Below, one piece after another: positions 48,687 through 62,400 of a DNA stretch of 64,000 nt; the stretch's first letter is position 1; every line of letters begins with the position of its first letter. The stretch is taken from positions 62,001 through 126,000 of the forward strand of contig JAQGDQ010000303.1 of NCBI GenBank assembly GCA_030141605.1, read 5' to 3'. Below the pieces are notes generated by a model, which saw only the letters and a list, made by a program, of their open reading frames with translations, was not told the DNA's origin and made no database searches. The position numbers and the translations under genes are program-made. The stretch is from Tubiluchus corallicola. Taxonomy: Eukaryota > Animalia > Priapulida.

Positions 48687-51600
48687 AACAAAACATTGTA
48701 TTATTTTCGATTCTCACAAAAAAACTATGCCGGCGAATAAAGTTCTTATGTAAACAAACTCATAGAAAAGAAATAATGGTTAACATGATAATATAAAAAT
48801 GGTTCACCTAGCCAATTCAAATGATTCAAAATCAACTGGATAAAACGAACATATGAAATGTAACACTTACTCAACTTAACGATGGCTGGGCCCAGCAGTA
48901 CTATCCAAGGAGCCAGTTTAAAGGCCAGAATTCAGTCCCAGAAATAAAAGAGATGTTCTATACTGTTTTATACTGCATGGTTTCCAATGGCATCGCCATC
49001 AAGAATCGCAAACGAGTTTTCTTGAATAACCAAATTTGCTCCATAGCCTCACTATGCAATAATCAAATAGCCTATGAGATGGCTTACACATGTTTGAAAC
49101 GGGAAACATGCTTTCAACAAAAATTAGCTCTTTTAACCTGGCGCTACAAAACCAGATAGACGACAAAACTAGGCCAATACCTGGCCAGGCAGGTAAATTT
49201 GAGCATGTGACCCAGACTCAGGTCACTCAAACCTGTAAAGTGCTTCCACCTAATGTTACAAAAATTATCAATGGCGACAAAAGTCGCTAGTCTAAAAAGA
49301 TTAACAATAATGGCAATCAATGTTATACCAACAGTAGCAATAAATTTTGGATTATCATTAAAAATGCTTTAATAGAAAAATAAGTCAACCAATTATTAGT
49401 GGCGCATTGCAGTAGACAGCTTGGGTCGTCACACTAGTTTTCCAGAGAGTCGTCCATCTATTTAATAATCAGGCTCAATACATCGTAGCTAAGCCCACAT
49501 TGTCATGTTTCGGTTATTCACATTCCCACTTACGCAGCTTTTTGTTCAATAGCCATTATGATAAAAGTATCGAACTAAAACATCTTGAGGCGGCAGCTCG
49601 TGCATTAAAAAGAGCAAAAGCCGATAGAGATATCTCCAGGCTGCAGATGATATAAAAACGGCATAAGCTAATCTACATCACTCCGCTTGATCAACCGTCT
49701 AACACGCTATATATGTTTAGCTGTTATTGGAAGCCAGTTAGTCTAATTTAATAGATTTATTAATAAAATCATAATAAGAGAAATATAAAATAGGTAATAC
49801 AAGAATCAAGAAAACTAGTAATTTTTCTTTGTACATTAACATAATAAACAAGCTTAGAATGTTTGTAAAATCTGGAACAAAACAAACATTACTGGAGCAA
49901 ACAGTTAATTATTTCACAATAAAATGAATCAATGAAGTCTTCATTATGATAAGAACAACTTTGTATTTATAAAGTAATTGCAAACGTAATTGAAAGTAAT
50001 GTCTATTATTCAGTCTTATAACTGCAACCAAGTACCTTGGAAAGACCTTGTATACTCAAACGTAGCTTATGATCAATGGAGAAACGCATTTGCTATCCAG
50101 TATTGCACACCCATTACATTAACGTGCTAGTATATGTACACAAAGCGTGTCAAATAAGTAGCGCAATATTTCTGTTTTGTTGAGTGGTGTGATCTAAAGT
50201 AAGGTAAACAGGCAATTATGTATGGGTGTGTTTAACTAGGGAAACTCCTGATAATAAATCTATTACAGCTCTGCGTGGTTTAACTACTGTTGACATAGTA
50301 ATAGTTAATTTTAGTGTCCCGTAATACATGTTTTATTGAACGCCCTTTAGTCTTTATCCTCGCATATCTTAACATCCGCATATCTACGAATTCCTTTTTT
50401 TCACTCGTGCAATGCATTGGCCTAAGCCAATCTATTATTGAGCCTAGGCCGTACTCCTGTTGTGGTCGTTTCTTTAGCCCTCGGCTTCAATGCCTTTTAT
50501 GCTTACAGTCTCTTGGCTCATTACCTTTTAACAAAAGAATTACTAATAACTGATCTAATAAGTCTGATCTTAGTATTTCAAACCTAGGCCGGGCTAGTAA
50601 TGACTGCTGAGAAAATTGATCTTGATCAACTCCATCTGCCATATCGCCAAGCTAATTTTCTCATCGGTAAGGCATGAATGTGTATCTAAACGTGGTTAAG
50701 ACACGCCTAATGGTTCAATGTCTCACCTCAAACGATTGACTACTCTTAACAATTAAATTCCAATCCAGTCATTACCATTAATGCTGGTTATACCCTGCAT
50801 AAAGCGCCCATTTATACGACAGTAGGAGTAATATCTCCACAACAGTAGACCTAGCGACAGTAATAATGACGCAATTAGCGGCGGCTTTGACAATAACGTT
50901 GTTACCGTCGTCTCGTTGTAGTCGTCCAGGTTTTTGTTTATTGCCTCTGAGGCAGGAGCTTGAAGCCATCCATGTTTGCAAGTCAGTGGAGGAAGCTTAT
51001 TATTTATTTATTTAATCAAGCAAAGCAAACATAAATCTTCGCTTGTGCTGCGTCCTTCCTCCATAAATTTCTATCAACACCCAACAGCGAATATGGTTCG
51101 AAAATTTATAAAGGGCCGTCCGTTCACCCAAAACGCTGAAGCGTTCTAGCGGCAATGTTACAATATAGCGGCTATCGTCTATTAGCGGTCTTTTAGGCCA
51201 CGCGAAACATTACGTGAAAGTTTGACAAAAAAATCTGCTAAGCAGATCTTAAACGGGGTGGATGTCAAACTTAAGCTGACAAAACAACAAAACTGAAATC
51301 TATTGCAATTGGACTTTGGATTTCCTGCTTGGAATCTAATAGAAACCTTGCGCCATAAAACCTTTGTTTGAATGGTTAGTATGAGTATAAGAACGTTTAA
51401 GTTTTCACACTGGTGAAAGATTCGGGCAACCATGGATGCTTCTCAGGTTCTTTTTGCACATCTGGCATACCTATCTAGGCCAAAATTGCGAATCGAACAA
51501 AAAAATAAAGCCACAGATGTGTAGAAACAGCAAAATAAAGTTTCAACAAAGCAATAATTATTGTGATACACCAGTAATAAGATAGTTACCAACAGATTAT

Positions 51601-52474
51601 AAGCAACAGGTGAACCTGACAGAAGGCCTAGAAAAACTGTGCGTGCTCGTAGCTCAAGCTCGATGGTTCTGTGAATCAATGAGTCTGTAGCTGTTATTGA
51701 CTGTAGCAATGGTTTCTGTTCCTAGGAAAGGGATTGCCAAAGAAATAATAATTGCGAAACCTGGATAACTGCATTCTAAAGTCGGTTTGAAGCATCTACA
51801 GAGCACGAATATTCTACATTTCTACGTAAAACAGTTCTACTTTCTATAGTAATTGGGGATAAAATGAGCTAAAAAGACGTTTTGGAACATTTCTAAAGCC
51901 AATTTTCGGGCTTTTGCACATTCGTGGCTAAATAATTATTTTCAGACAAAGTGCTGACGATGCATCGCTCTTTAGGGAAGTAACAGGTCCGTCTACGCTG
52001 GCGCGCCCCTGCGACACAAAGAAGGTGCAATTAAGTTAGACATAAATATGCATAAATATACATAAATGTGTGCAGATGGGTGGCATCGTTTTTTTAAGTA
52101 CCATCTAGTTGTCATCGTGACCATGAAATTGTAAGAAGTCATTTACTATACCCGCAAAGTGCCCTGGGGTGGTTTGCTCACTGGTCACGTGCAACTATTT
52201 GTCCTAACAATTTGACAAACAGCAGTGCCATTGTCAATACGTCTCTGGCTTCGGGTTCGTTTGATGTATGTGACCAGTTTTGTTTGAAGTGTGAGGTAGC
52301 GGGCGTTAGGAACATGGCTGGAAAATGAAACCTTGGATGTGCTGAAGCAGTCCGTTTCGCTTTTATCCACCCTTAAACACTTTTGCCCGAAAAAGACTTA
52401 AAAGAGCTAATATATATTTGAAGGCGTTTCAAAATTTTCCACTGAGCTTGACTTTCTGCCGGTTTATTTTATGT

Positions 52475-52880
<406 letters not shown>

Positions 52881-55241
52881 CGTCTGTGTATCTGTTTGTT
52901 TGTGGGTTGATTTGTGCGTTTCATAATGGTTGTATATTTGTTTGTTGACTCATTTTCATAATACCAAATTTCGGCCTATCCCAGAATGAAATGAAATAAA
53001 AGATCTTTCCAAACTACGATGAATTTAAAATGCAGCAATTTCTGGCTTTGAAATTTCAATGCTCAACTTGCCTGTGCGTAAATGTTCCACAATTGTATGT
53101 AAACTGCACAATTATAAGGGCGCTCTTGAGAGAAAATCGGCAATCTGAAATTCTTTACAAGAGCGAAATCTGTTTATGGTTGTTCAAATGCTTCATCTAC
53201 ATACACTACCGCAGCGATTGAAGCTATGTATTGAGAGTTTTCCTGATGAAATCACCAGAACGAAGCTATATATACGTCGCGTGTCAGAGAAATTATTGAA
53301 AGCATTTTTCTATTTCGGTTGAAACTCGGAATTAAAAGACTGTTTTGAAAATAAAAAATAAACAAGCAAACAAGCGAATAAACGAGGGACGAAATGAAAG
53401 GAAGAATGGTGGGATGAATGAGTGAACGAATAGTCAAGCAAAACTACAAATGTAAGCAGCAAGTTATCCAACAAGCTAAAGAGTCAGGGACAAAACATGT
53501 TCCTGTTATTAAGAAGAAGTAAAAAAGGGGCAGGGAAGTAACTAAGTAAACAAACCACAAAAAACAACTAACACAACAAAACAAATAAGTCTATTAATTT
53601 ATTAATTAATTTCACACAGTACCAAGCTGGTGCATACGCCTAATTAATTTTAACGATAATTTCATGCGCATTAATTCTAACTCAAAAGCCACGTTTCGCG
53701 AAACGTTTTTCTGCGCTCTAATCCGTGCTGCTGCGAATCGACGAGTCCATTACTAAATTACTTATTCGACTTCCCTGCATGATAAGCGGTAAAGTTGCAT
53801 TGGAAGCCGTCAATTTTAATTCAGCTCCACGAAACTCCCCAGAGTCATTCTCTACTTAGAGCGGCTAGACCAATATCATAGAAATGCCGCATAAATGCAG
53901 CATAATCATAAAGTACTTCTAAAAAGGTCGCCGCAGTCGCTATAACAACCGCACTCTATACATAGCTAACTGCCAAAAAGTAAGTAAGCCTACAAAACTG
54001 ATTTCTCATGGTCACTTCTAACTATTGAATGCTCTACCGACGGACTAACAGATAGATAGGACTAGCCTGTTATGTTGGCGTGATGATGATGATGGTGGTA
54101 GTGGTGTTATTGTTGTTGTTATTGTTGGCCCTGGTGCGGCAGCAGCGGCGAAGGTGGTGATGAAATGATGAAATTTTCTTTTTTCTCGCCCATCAAAAAA
54201 TATGTGAGTTTGCAGTAGGCCTTATTCGGTTGCAGATTATAGTAAGAGAAACGAAAAGGCTTTCTGCAATAAAAATCATGCCAGGAAAATAGCTTTGGAA
54301 CAAAACTTATGGACTTCAGATAATTGTCTATAGGATAAAAATAAAAACTGCATTGCTCGATCAATCACATATACAATATATTAGCCATTTCTAGACGCAG
54401 TTTCAGGAATGAATTCAGTCAAAGGAAACGTGATTATGGTATAAAAATTAAAGTACTATCTCAATTTAAAAGACGCGTTAACTGTGTGGTAGATATTACT
54501 TTATTAAGTGTAAACCCAACGTAAGTCTTTGCACATCTTTACGTTTTTCTATTTACTGCCTCTCATTAAGTTTAATTGCAGCAAAATTCGATATGTTCTG
54601 AAAAAACTTAACTATTTGAAATAAATTTGATACGTTGCATTTCAAATGAGCATCTATGTTATGTGTATAACACAAAGGCTTGTAAAAAACAACAGCCAAA
54701 TGTTGTTGGATAGAACACTTTGCCTTTGGTGGTATTATTGATTCAGTGGAACGAATGAAATGGAATGAAACAGAAAGACATGAAACGGAATGAAATCGAA
54801 TAAAATTCAGTTGCATTATATTCAGCTAGAATTGAATTGATTACATTTATCACACTTGCTATCGCTTGTTGTCGATTTACCAGAGCTACGTTAGGTTTAC
54901 GCACGTTACTTTGGCTAAGTTGACTAACGTCCATCTAGTCTAACCTCGCCATATAAGGTAATCTTGTCCATTCACTTCATCTCACCTTTCCTCATTTCTC
55001 CTCATCTTCTCTTCCTTCTTTTCGCTTCACGTTCTCTTTTCTCATCTCACCTCACCTCAATGTTCCTCATTTCACCACAGTCCTCCTCATCTCGCTTTTT
55101 CTTCTCCCACATAAAGTAATATCACCATATAATTCCTTTCCACTGCATGCCATAATCCCTCTCTGTGTAAAATGCATTTTGCTGACTTTTTCGTTTGACC
55201 AGTGTTTCTGTAGTGATTTTGTTTTCATTCCAGATTTCAAA

Positions 55242-57386
55242 ATGCGGAAGGACATTTTTGCATGTATTTTTGCCATTCTGGTCTACATAACATTCGTGTC
55301 TTCAACATCTATTGATGAAGGTGAGAATAGGAAGACGGTGCGACACTACCGTAATGTATTTTATTTGATTTTAGGCCCCATAGTACCAGCATTGATTGCT
55401 TTTAATTAACTTATCTGTTTTTGCAGCACAGTGCTGTATTTTGCAGCACTGTGTTGTAAGTTACTGCAGTCTTCTAACTGAATGTTGCTAGCGGGAAGCC
55501 ACATATATTTTGTTGTGTTCACTAAGACAGAAACTCGTCTTTTAATTAGACTGAAGACACTGTAGTGAAAGCCCCAGAGATGCTTTTGGAGGTGTGAATG
55601 TATAGATAAACACACTTCCATTTATCAGCTGAGTCATGATCCTGTATCACGGCAAATAATACACTATTTCTCACTCACTCACTCACTCACTCACTCACTC
55701 ACTCACTCACTCACTCACTCACTCACCCACTCACTCACTCACTCACTCACTCACTCACTCACTCATTCACTCACTCACTCATTCGTTCATTCATTCATTC
55801 ATTTAGTCATACATTCATGAATTTATTCATGTATTAATCTGTTAAATTCGTTCGTTTGTTCGTCGATGCTTCCATCTGCTCGTCCATTCGTTCATATTAA
55901 CGTAACTTCCATCTTTATTCTATCATATTTTGTAATTATTACAACTTTATTTTTTACAGATGAAGGGTATTTACCAGATAGCGAAGAATTACAAGCGTTG
56001 GAAAGCTATTTAAATAGTTTTAATTTAGATAAGTAAGTTAAAGTTTACTGATTAGTTTGTCTATCGTTTACATCCATAGAAGAAGATCGAAAATCGAATT
56101 TAGGAGTACTCTACTCCAAATGATTAAAATTTGTAATAGCGATCCCCCATCCGTTCACTGACTAGTCTGGGTGCTGCAAAACTTGGATCGCAAACACACC
56201 GTTACCACTCGGTTGTGATTTCGCCCCAAACCGTTGCCGTCATAATCATTGCTGAAATTGCCATGCTTTTTATGACTTGCTTCGTGTTATTGGTTAATTA
56301 TTGGATTTATCATAATGATAACGCGTTTTATTTTGGCAAATTTGGCGTAGTAAAATTTGAATTGCCAGTTCAGTTGATCTGCAATGACTTTACATTCTTT
56401 AACATTTAGACGATAATACATGTATTAAGTCATGTAAACAGGTTTCATGCACGTCCTTTTCGTTTTTGCCAGATTATTATGTGTTAGTGATTTTACTAGC
56501 ATTATTATAATTAAGATTATGATCCTTGCAATTTTCTTTTATTGAGCTGGTTTTACATGTACATTGGCTTGTATGAATAGTATGTTTCCTTAACGAGAAT
56601 TTTTTTATAAATATACAGTTTGGCACACTTCAGCACTCAGCGGGATGCCTAATACGAACTTCTAACGGTTATGGTGGGATCGGAATTTTCTAACTCGTTA
56701 TTAAGGATATTTTTCATGACTCGGTTTCTGCCTAGGAAATCACGAAATTTTGGATATTTTTGCATAGATATACTTATAAACAATCGTTGCAATAGGTTAC
56801 ATATCACACACGGACGTCCTGTCAAAAAACATTTCCTTCTCTTTAACACGACCTTTTCCTAAGCAATTGCCGAAGTAATAATACGTTTTTACAAGAAAAG
56901 TAATATAATAATAATAGTGAGCATGTCAATGACAATGATAATGATCATCTGTAGCCAGTAGAAAAGATGTATATAAGTATATATCTCTCCAAAATCTCGT
57001 GATTACCTACACGTAAACCTAGCCGTCTCTTCAGATAGGGCACTGCTCTGGTAGAGGTTTCAGCCTATGTGTGCATTGTCTTTAAGCGAAACAGGTATCG
57101 GAGACAGTACAGTAGATGAAAATGCGCAAAAGCAATTTTTCCGGCAGTCACCCAATCAGTTTCTGTTACACTTGGTATTCCCTTTGCCATACCCTTGAGC
57201 TAAAGTTGTTTTGTAAGGAGCTTCACGATAAATATTTTTTGCAGACGAGCAAGAAAAGGGTGCATACAAAGAGGGCGTTGTAATAGAAGGGAAAACGACT
57301 GCTGTGAGAACCGAGTATGCAAATGTAACCTGTTTATGCAAAACTGCAGATGCGAACGAAAGGGGCTGTTTGGTTGGGGAAAATAG
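55242..57386 (+). CDS. ALP: Agatoxin-like peptide (ICK/knottin neuropeptide) precursor, 97 aa; exons 55242-55320, 55960-56032, 57245-57386
   Basis: Spliced product: MRKDIFACIFAILVYITFVSSTSIDEDEGYLPDSEELQALESYLNSFNLDKR-ARKGCIQRGRCNRRENDCCENRVCKCNLFMQNCRCERKGLFGWGK*. It has a signal peptide, acidic propeptide, KR site, 8-Cys C-C-CC-CxC-CxC frame and a GLF..W-GK amidation end, as in arthropod ALPs (CRCNLWGxNCRCxRxGLFQKWGK). Splice sites are canonical, phases 1 and 2. Confidence 0.93.
55669..55810. repeat. (CACT)n(CATT)n microsatellite in ALP intron 1
   Basis: Directly visible. Confidence 0.95.
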
Positions 57387-59447
57387 AGTAAGGCTATCAT
57401 TATAGACCACTATTTTGTAAATAAACTATTGTCCCATTTTCACTAAGTTGTTAAACGTGCACGTTTTTCTTTTTGTGTGTGGTTTTAACTCCCTACACGT
57501 CACTATTAACGAATCGGACGTTGTTTTCTGTTCACGGCTAATAACAAACATTATTAGTCCACAATATACCGTCATAAAAAACATAATTTATTTTAAAGAT
57601 ATTATTTTAAAGCTTACAAAGCAAAAGCAACTGTACCACTTTATTATATATAGTACTAACTCAACACGTATTAAATATTCTGAAACTAGATACGTATTAT
57701 TATTCTGAATGTAAACACGTGTCAGCCACATTTGTACTGTTTTATCTATAATGTCGAATGTCAATATTGGTTATAAATGTGTTACTTATACGTATGAAAT
57801 TTTGCTTCATTTAACATTTTTTTTACATTTTTAATTTTTATTAATTTAAAATAGTTGTGTAGATGAAGTATGGCGTTTATTTTCCTGTTAAATTGTGTAC
57901 TATGCTTGATATACATCAATAATTAAGACAAGATACAAGATAGAGTGTACCAGAATAAAATCAATTCTAACTATAGTGATATAACAACAACAGCAAATAC
58001 TGTCCAACAAGATTTCTTGAAAATAAAGAATGCTGTGGCTGGATTATATTCTTGTGTTGTAGTCAGAGTTGTTAGTTATTATATTATACTTGGTATAACA
58101 TTTTTTTTGTATAAGCAACTTAAAAGACTACTTATCAGAAAATGTGCCCAAAAACCTAGAATTTTCAAGAATGAGTTATCATCGGTGATTACATATTTTA
58201 TTCTTTAGACAGGTTGTCCAAAATTCCTCCCCAGAAACGGTCAGTGAGAACTGTGAAGATTTTCAATCTGAGCTGATTCTGTGGACAGTGCTTTCTTTTC
58301 TGTACTGAATATCTGTCAGGATATGTGTTGTGCATGTCAGGATTTGTATTTCATACTTTGATTGACATTGCAGAGGAGGAATTAAGGGGGTTGACTTTAG
58401 ATTGATTCCAACTAATAATTAATAAACTAAAATTTTAGAAACAAATGTAGCAACTTTCTGAAGATTTTGAATAGTCAACTTTAGCAAAATTTTGGATTTT
58501 CCTCATTGTAATTGTCAGCGCGAAATTGTTTTAGTTCATTGCAATAGCTCTGGGCCCTACTCTGGTAAACTACGTACAGCTGCTAAACGAATAAATAATA
58601 ACAATCAACATTAGTCCCACGATTTGCAGCTTTTCGCGAATCATTAGTCGACACTAGACATCAACATTTGTCAACATTTGCCAGATCAACAACCGATCGC
58701 AAACTTCATAACGCAGATCGAACTCTTTTTTATAAGTTATTGTATTATTATGTTTATTGATAGTTTACACTTTCTCATTCATACCCTACATGTAAACAAA
58801 GGTTGTCAACAACCATTGGCAAGCGATGTCAACAAAGGTTCAGGAACAGGACATGCATAATGATCCACGCAGTGACCTAAGGCGGATTCAGCATTACCTT
58901 TGAAACGACGTCGACTACGACAAGTCTGCGTTTAATTCCAGAAACGTGACTTAACTCTTTGCCGAGCATTGGATCAGTGCTAAACCTCTACGACACTCTC
59001 GTAATTATTTTCATGCGTTTAGCCTTGAAAGCGTTTGAAGTGCACCCATTCCTGTAGTCCCTGGCGTAAGTGTATAAGGCAATGATCTTTAGTAATAGTC
59101 TTATCATCTTGTTGCCAAGTCAGGGCAGCGCAAACAAGGTTCTTAGTGCCGCTGATGAACGGGCCCACTATTTCAGGGTTGGCAGAGTAATTTAGAGCAC
59201 TACAAACAAGATACTTTACATCATTCTGTTTCACAAATCACCTACAACAATCTAATCCTAGGCAGTGACACAGCCATAATTTTCATTCCTTATAACACAG
59301 CGTAGCAACAACTGCCATCACACGAGCTTATCAATAATGAAGAATTGTCTACCCCCGTGATAATAGACCAGCTAACCGCAAGTTAAAGTCCTTCCTGGCA
59401 GACTTTTTGATCGCACCTCGTACGGAGTGCCTCACTGTTCTTACAGA

Positions 59448-62400
59448 ATGGAGCTACTGCATCTAGTCTTCTTGCTATTTTTTGTAAAACAGTGCGCAAC
59501 AATTCCCAAGGGTGATTTTTATCCATTTGGTCCAGGGAGGGATCAGCGTTTAGCAGACGCAGATGACTTCAGCACGGAAGAAGAGTTCAAGTTGGAGACG
59601 CCAGTGGTGTTTTTCGACAGACGATATAGCTCATTATTCGTAAGTTTGCACCTTAATAACTCGACAAATTGTCAAAATATGTACTTTATTCGTTTAATGC
59701 AAATGTTTGATTATAAGCATGAGTGAGAGTTGAACTACTACATATAGGTTAGTAAAGGAATAAAAAACAGTAAATGTGCTAGCCGACCACAAGCAATAGC
59801 AAGCTTTTAAAGAACTCAAGTACATAGATGATAACAGGTCTAGCGCAGTTATGCAAAGTGCTATTGCTGTGTATTGCTCAGATGCCAAGAAACGGAAGCA
59901 TTAGCAGGTTTTCCAAAAAGATTTTTGTCCCATTCCATTCTGAGCAAATGTTCCCTCGGGATCGCCAGATTATAAGAAGTCTCACAAAATATTATAACAA
60001 CCTTGATTCACTCATCTCACTTTAACGGCCATTTACCATCTATGTAGCCGAAGAGTTAGACTTTTGGAATTTAGGCTTGATCGTTTTTTTCAAACATAAA
60101 CGTATCGTCCTCAGAGTTTAAAATAAAACGCCAATTTGGCAAGAATAGCGAAACCGCAAATTTAGTAGTGGATGATGGATTGTGAGCAAGAGCTCGATCC
60201 GTGAGGTGTAATATAACGACGGGCAGTCGGTTTTTCAGAGCTTTAGTGGATCTGCTTTTAGCAGAACTTTAACCCATGGAAAACATCTCTCGAAATGTTC
60301 AAAGTTACATGTTCATAATTGATTAAAGGCCCGTTTTGAAGAGCATTTTTGCAGCCAACAGTGAGAAAAACACTAGTCAAAACGAACGGGTCTTAATTAT
60401 TATTTTTCTGCTATTATTTATTAATTTTGTCAAATTCCAATAATTATAAGTGTCACATGTAGAGAAAGGCATTACGTTTTTAAGTTCATAATGATAAATT
60501 AAAATAATCCTCAGCATGTTGTTCAGTCAAATTAATATAACCGAACAGAATGTAGTGTAAATTAAGTTGATTGATCAAAAAAAAAAAGAAACGTAACAAA
60601 ATAAATTATGGCACGGCTACTATAACGCAAGCCATCCCTCGCTTCAGATCAAAGTACATTTGCCAAAAGGGATAAGGTAATTAGCACACAGAATATGCAA
60701 GAACAAACTACTGAATTTCTGTACTCGGAGCCTAAATTCCATACGAAACTGCTTACTAATTAAAAAACTATTTCAGGAGACTAACAAAGGTAAGAGATAG
60801 TACGTAAGTTTAACAATAAACATTTAAGCTTTATAATTTTCAAATCTCCAATCAATCTGGACACGACTGTCCGACTAAGGTATTGCAGAGACCCTTCTGA
60901 CCATGCTTGCCCGGTTTATAATGTCTAAATTTCATAAAATCAACAAAAAATGTTGCGTCTACTACTTTTTCCCTTAGACATGCGTATATTGCTGAGATAC
61001 GGATGTCCATTGTCCAAAACTGCTCGTAGCAGCTGAGCTTGTTTGCATAACATATACGTAATTGGCTAAAAATAACTTACTAGAAATAGATGCTTATGCA
61101 AAATAAAAACTTCCAAGTTTCTATAGTTTCAATGGCACGACAACATTCTAGCATTCACGTCACTGGACAAGTGCACGGCAAAATGACACAGGTAAAAATG
61201 GCACAGGCAAAATTGGCATCGGAAAAATTTGCACATTAAAGGGCACCAATGGAAACATCGGAATGAATGGCATACATAAAATAGGAGCTCAGAGTTAGGA
61301 TTACTGTGGGTGATAATTAGTTTTTAATTATTTTTACCTCAGCCAAGAAAGTTACGCTCCAACACACCGTTTGTTTTTTTCATTGTTTTTTGTCTGTTAT
61401 ACAGTAGTAAGACAACTGTACGCAAAAAAATAATTAACAAATGTCCATGGAACTTTGCACGTGGAGAATGTCGGCAGGGCACAAGAAATATGCATTTTGA
61501 CGCATACTCCTGGACAGGGAGGGGCCTTGGGGAAGAGAAAAACTGCCAAAATGGGCATTCATTCACCCTTTCTTTTTTTTCACAAAAACTTGACCAAATA
61601 CCAATCACAGAAAAACATTCGTCAAGCACTTGGCGGACATTTTGGGAGTGGCATAGCTCTTTGGAAAAAGGACGACTTGGTGTCAAGTTTGGGTATTTCT
61701 TTTTTGTTATCTCCACCTGAATAAACCATTATAAGTTAGTTTCAGGGTTTCATTTTGAGAAATTTTCACTTGGAATACTGCGTAATACTATCTATCACCT
61801 TTGCTTATACATACACGTTTTTTCTTTATATTCATATAAACCTTATAAGTTGACTGAGCGATGTAAATACACTGTACGTATATTAGTCGCCAAAATCGTT
61901 AAAAAACATTGGCAACACTATGTGTAATGTTCGTGCATTATTGACAATAATTCTATTTAAATTTCTATATATAATTTCTATATCTAATATTTTCTATATT
62001 AGAATAAAATATTTTGTGACTCTTGGTTGTCTATAATTTGGACGTCAAACATATTGCTATCGCTCCGCCTCTGTTGTGATGTAAGCACGCTGACGGGAAA
62101 TCGGGGACATTAGTTTAAGGCGAACAATTACTCTTTAGTAAACAATATTACAACTATATTGTCTATGTCTAATCAGCAGATAAACTGTTTGTGCTTTTCA
62201 TACACAAAATTTGCAAGGCAGGAATTATTTTTACAAGAAATTAAAACAAGTAGCCAAAAAATGTCTTTACAATTTAAGTAGAATGTAACGACAAAATTCT
62301 ATTCCGTAGATGATACATAAGTCAAAATGGCATCTTTAGGCGCAAAAATGATTATTTCAGGATGCTAATATTACATAGATTTAAATTTTGACCGGCCCAA

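Noticed and set aside
47843-51709. Several 60-120-aa ORFs in locally GC-richer patches
   Set aside because: No recognisable domain or consistent splice chain. Probably decayed transposon sequence; BLASTx would be needed to assign it.
57035-57094. Possible extra ALP exons (acceptors at 57034 and 57063)
   Set aside because: Both give an in-frame stop within a few codons when joined to exon 2.
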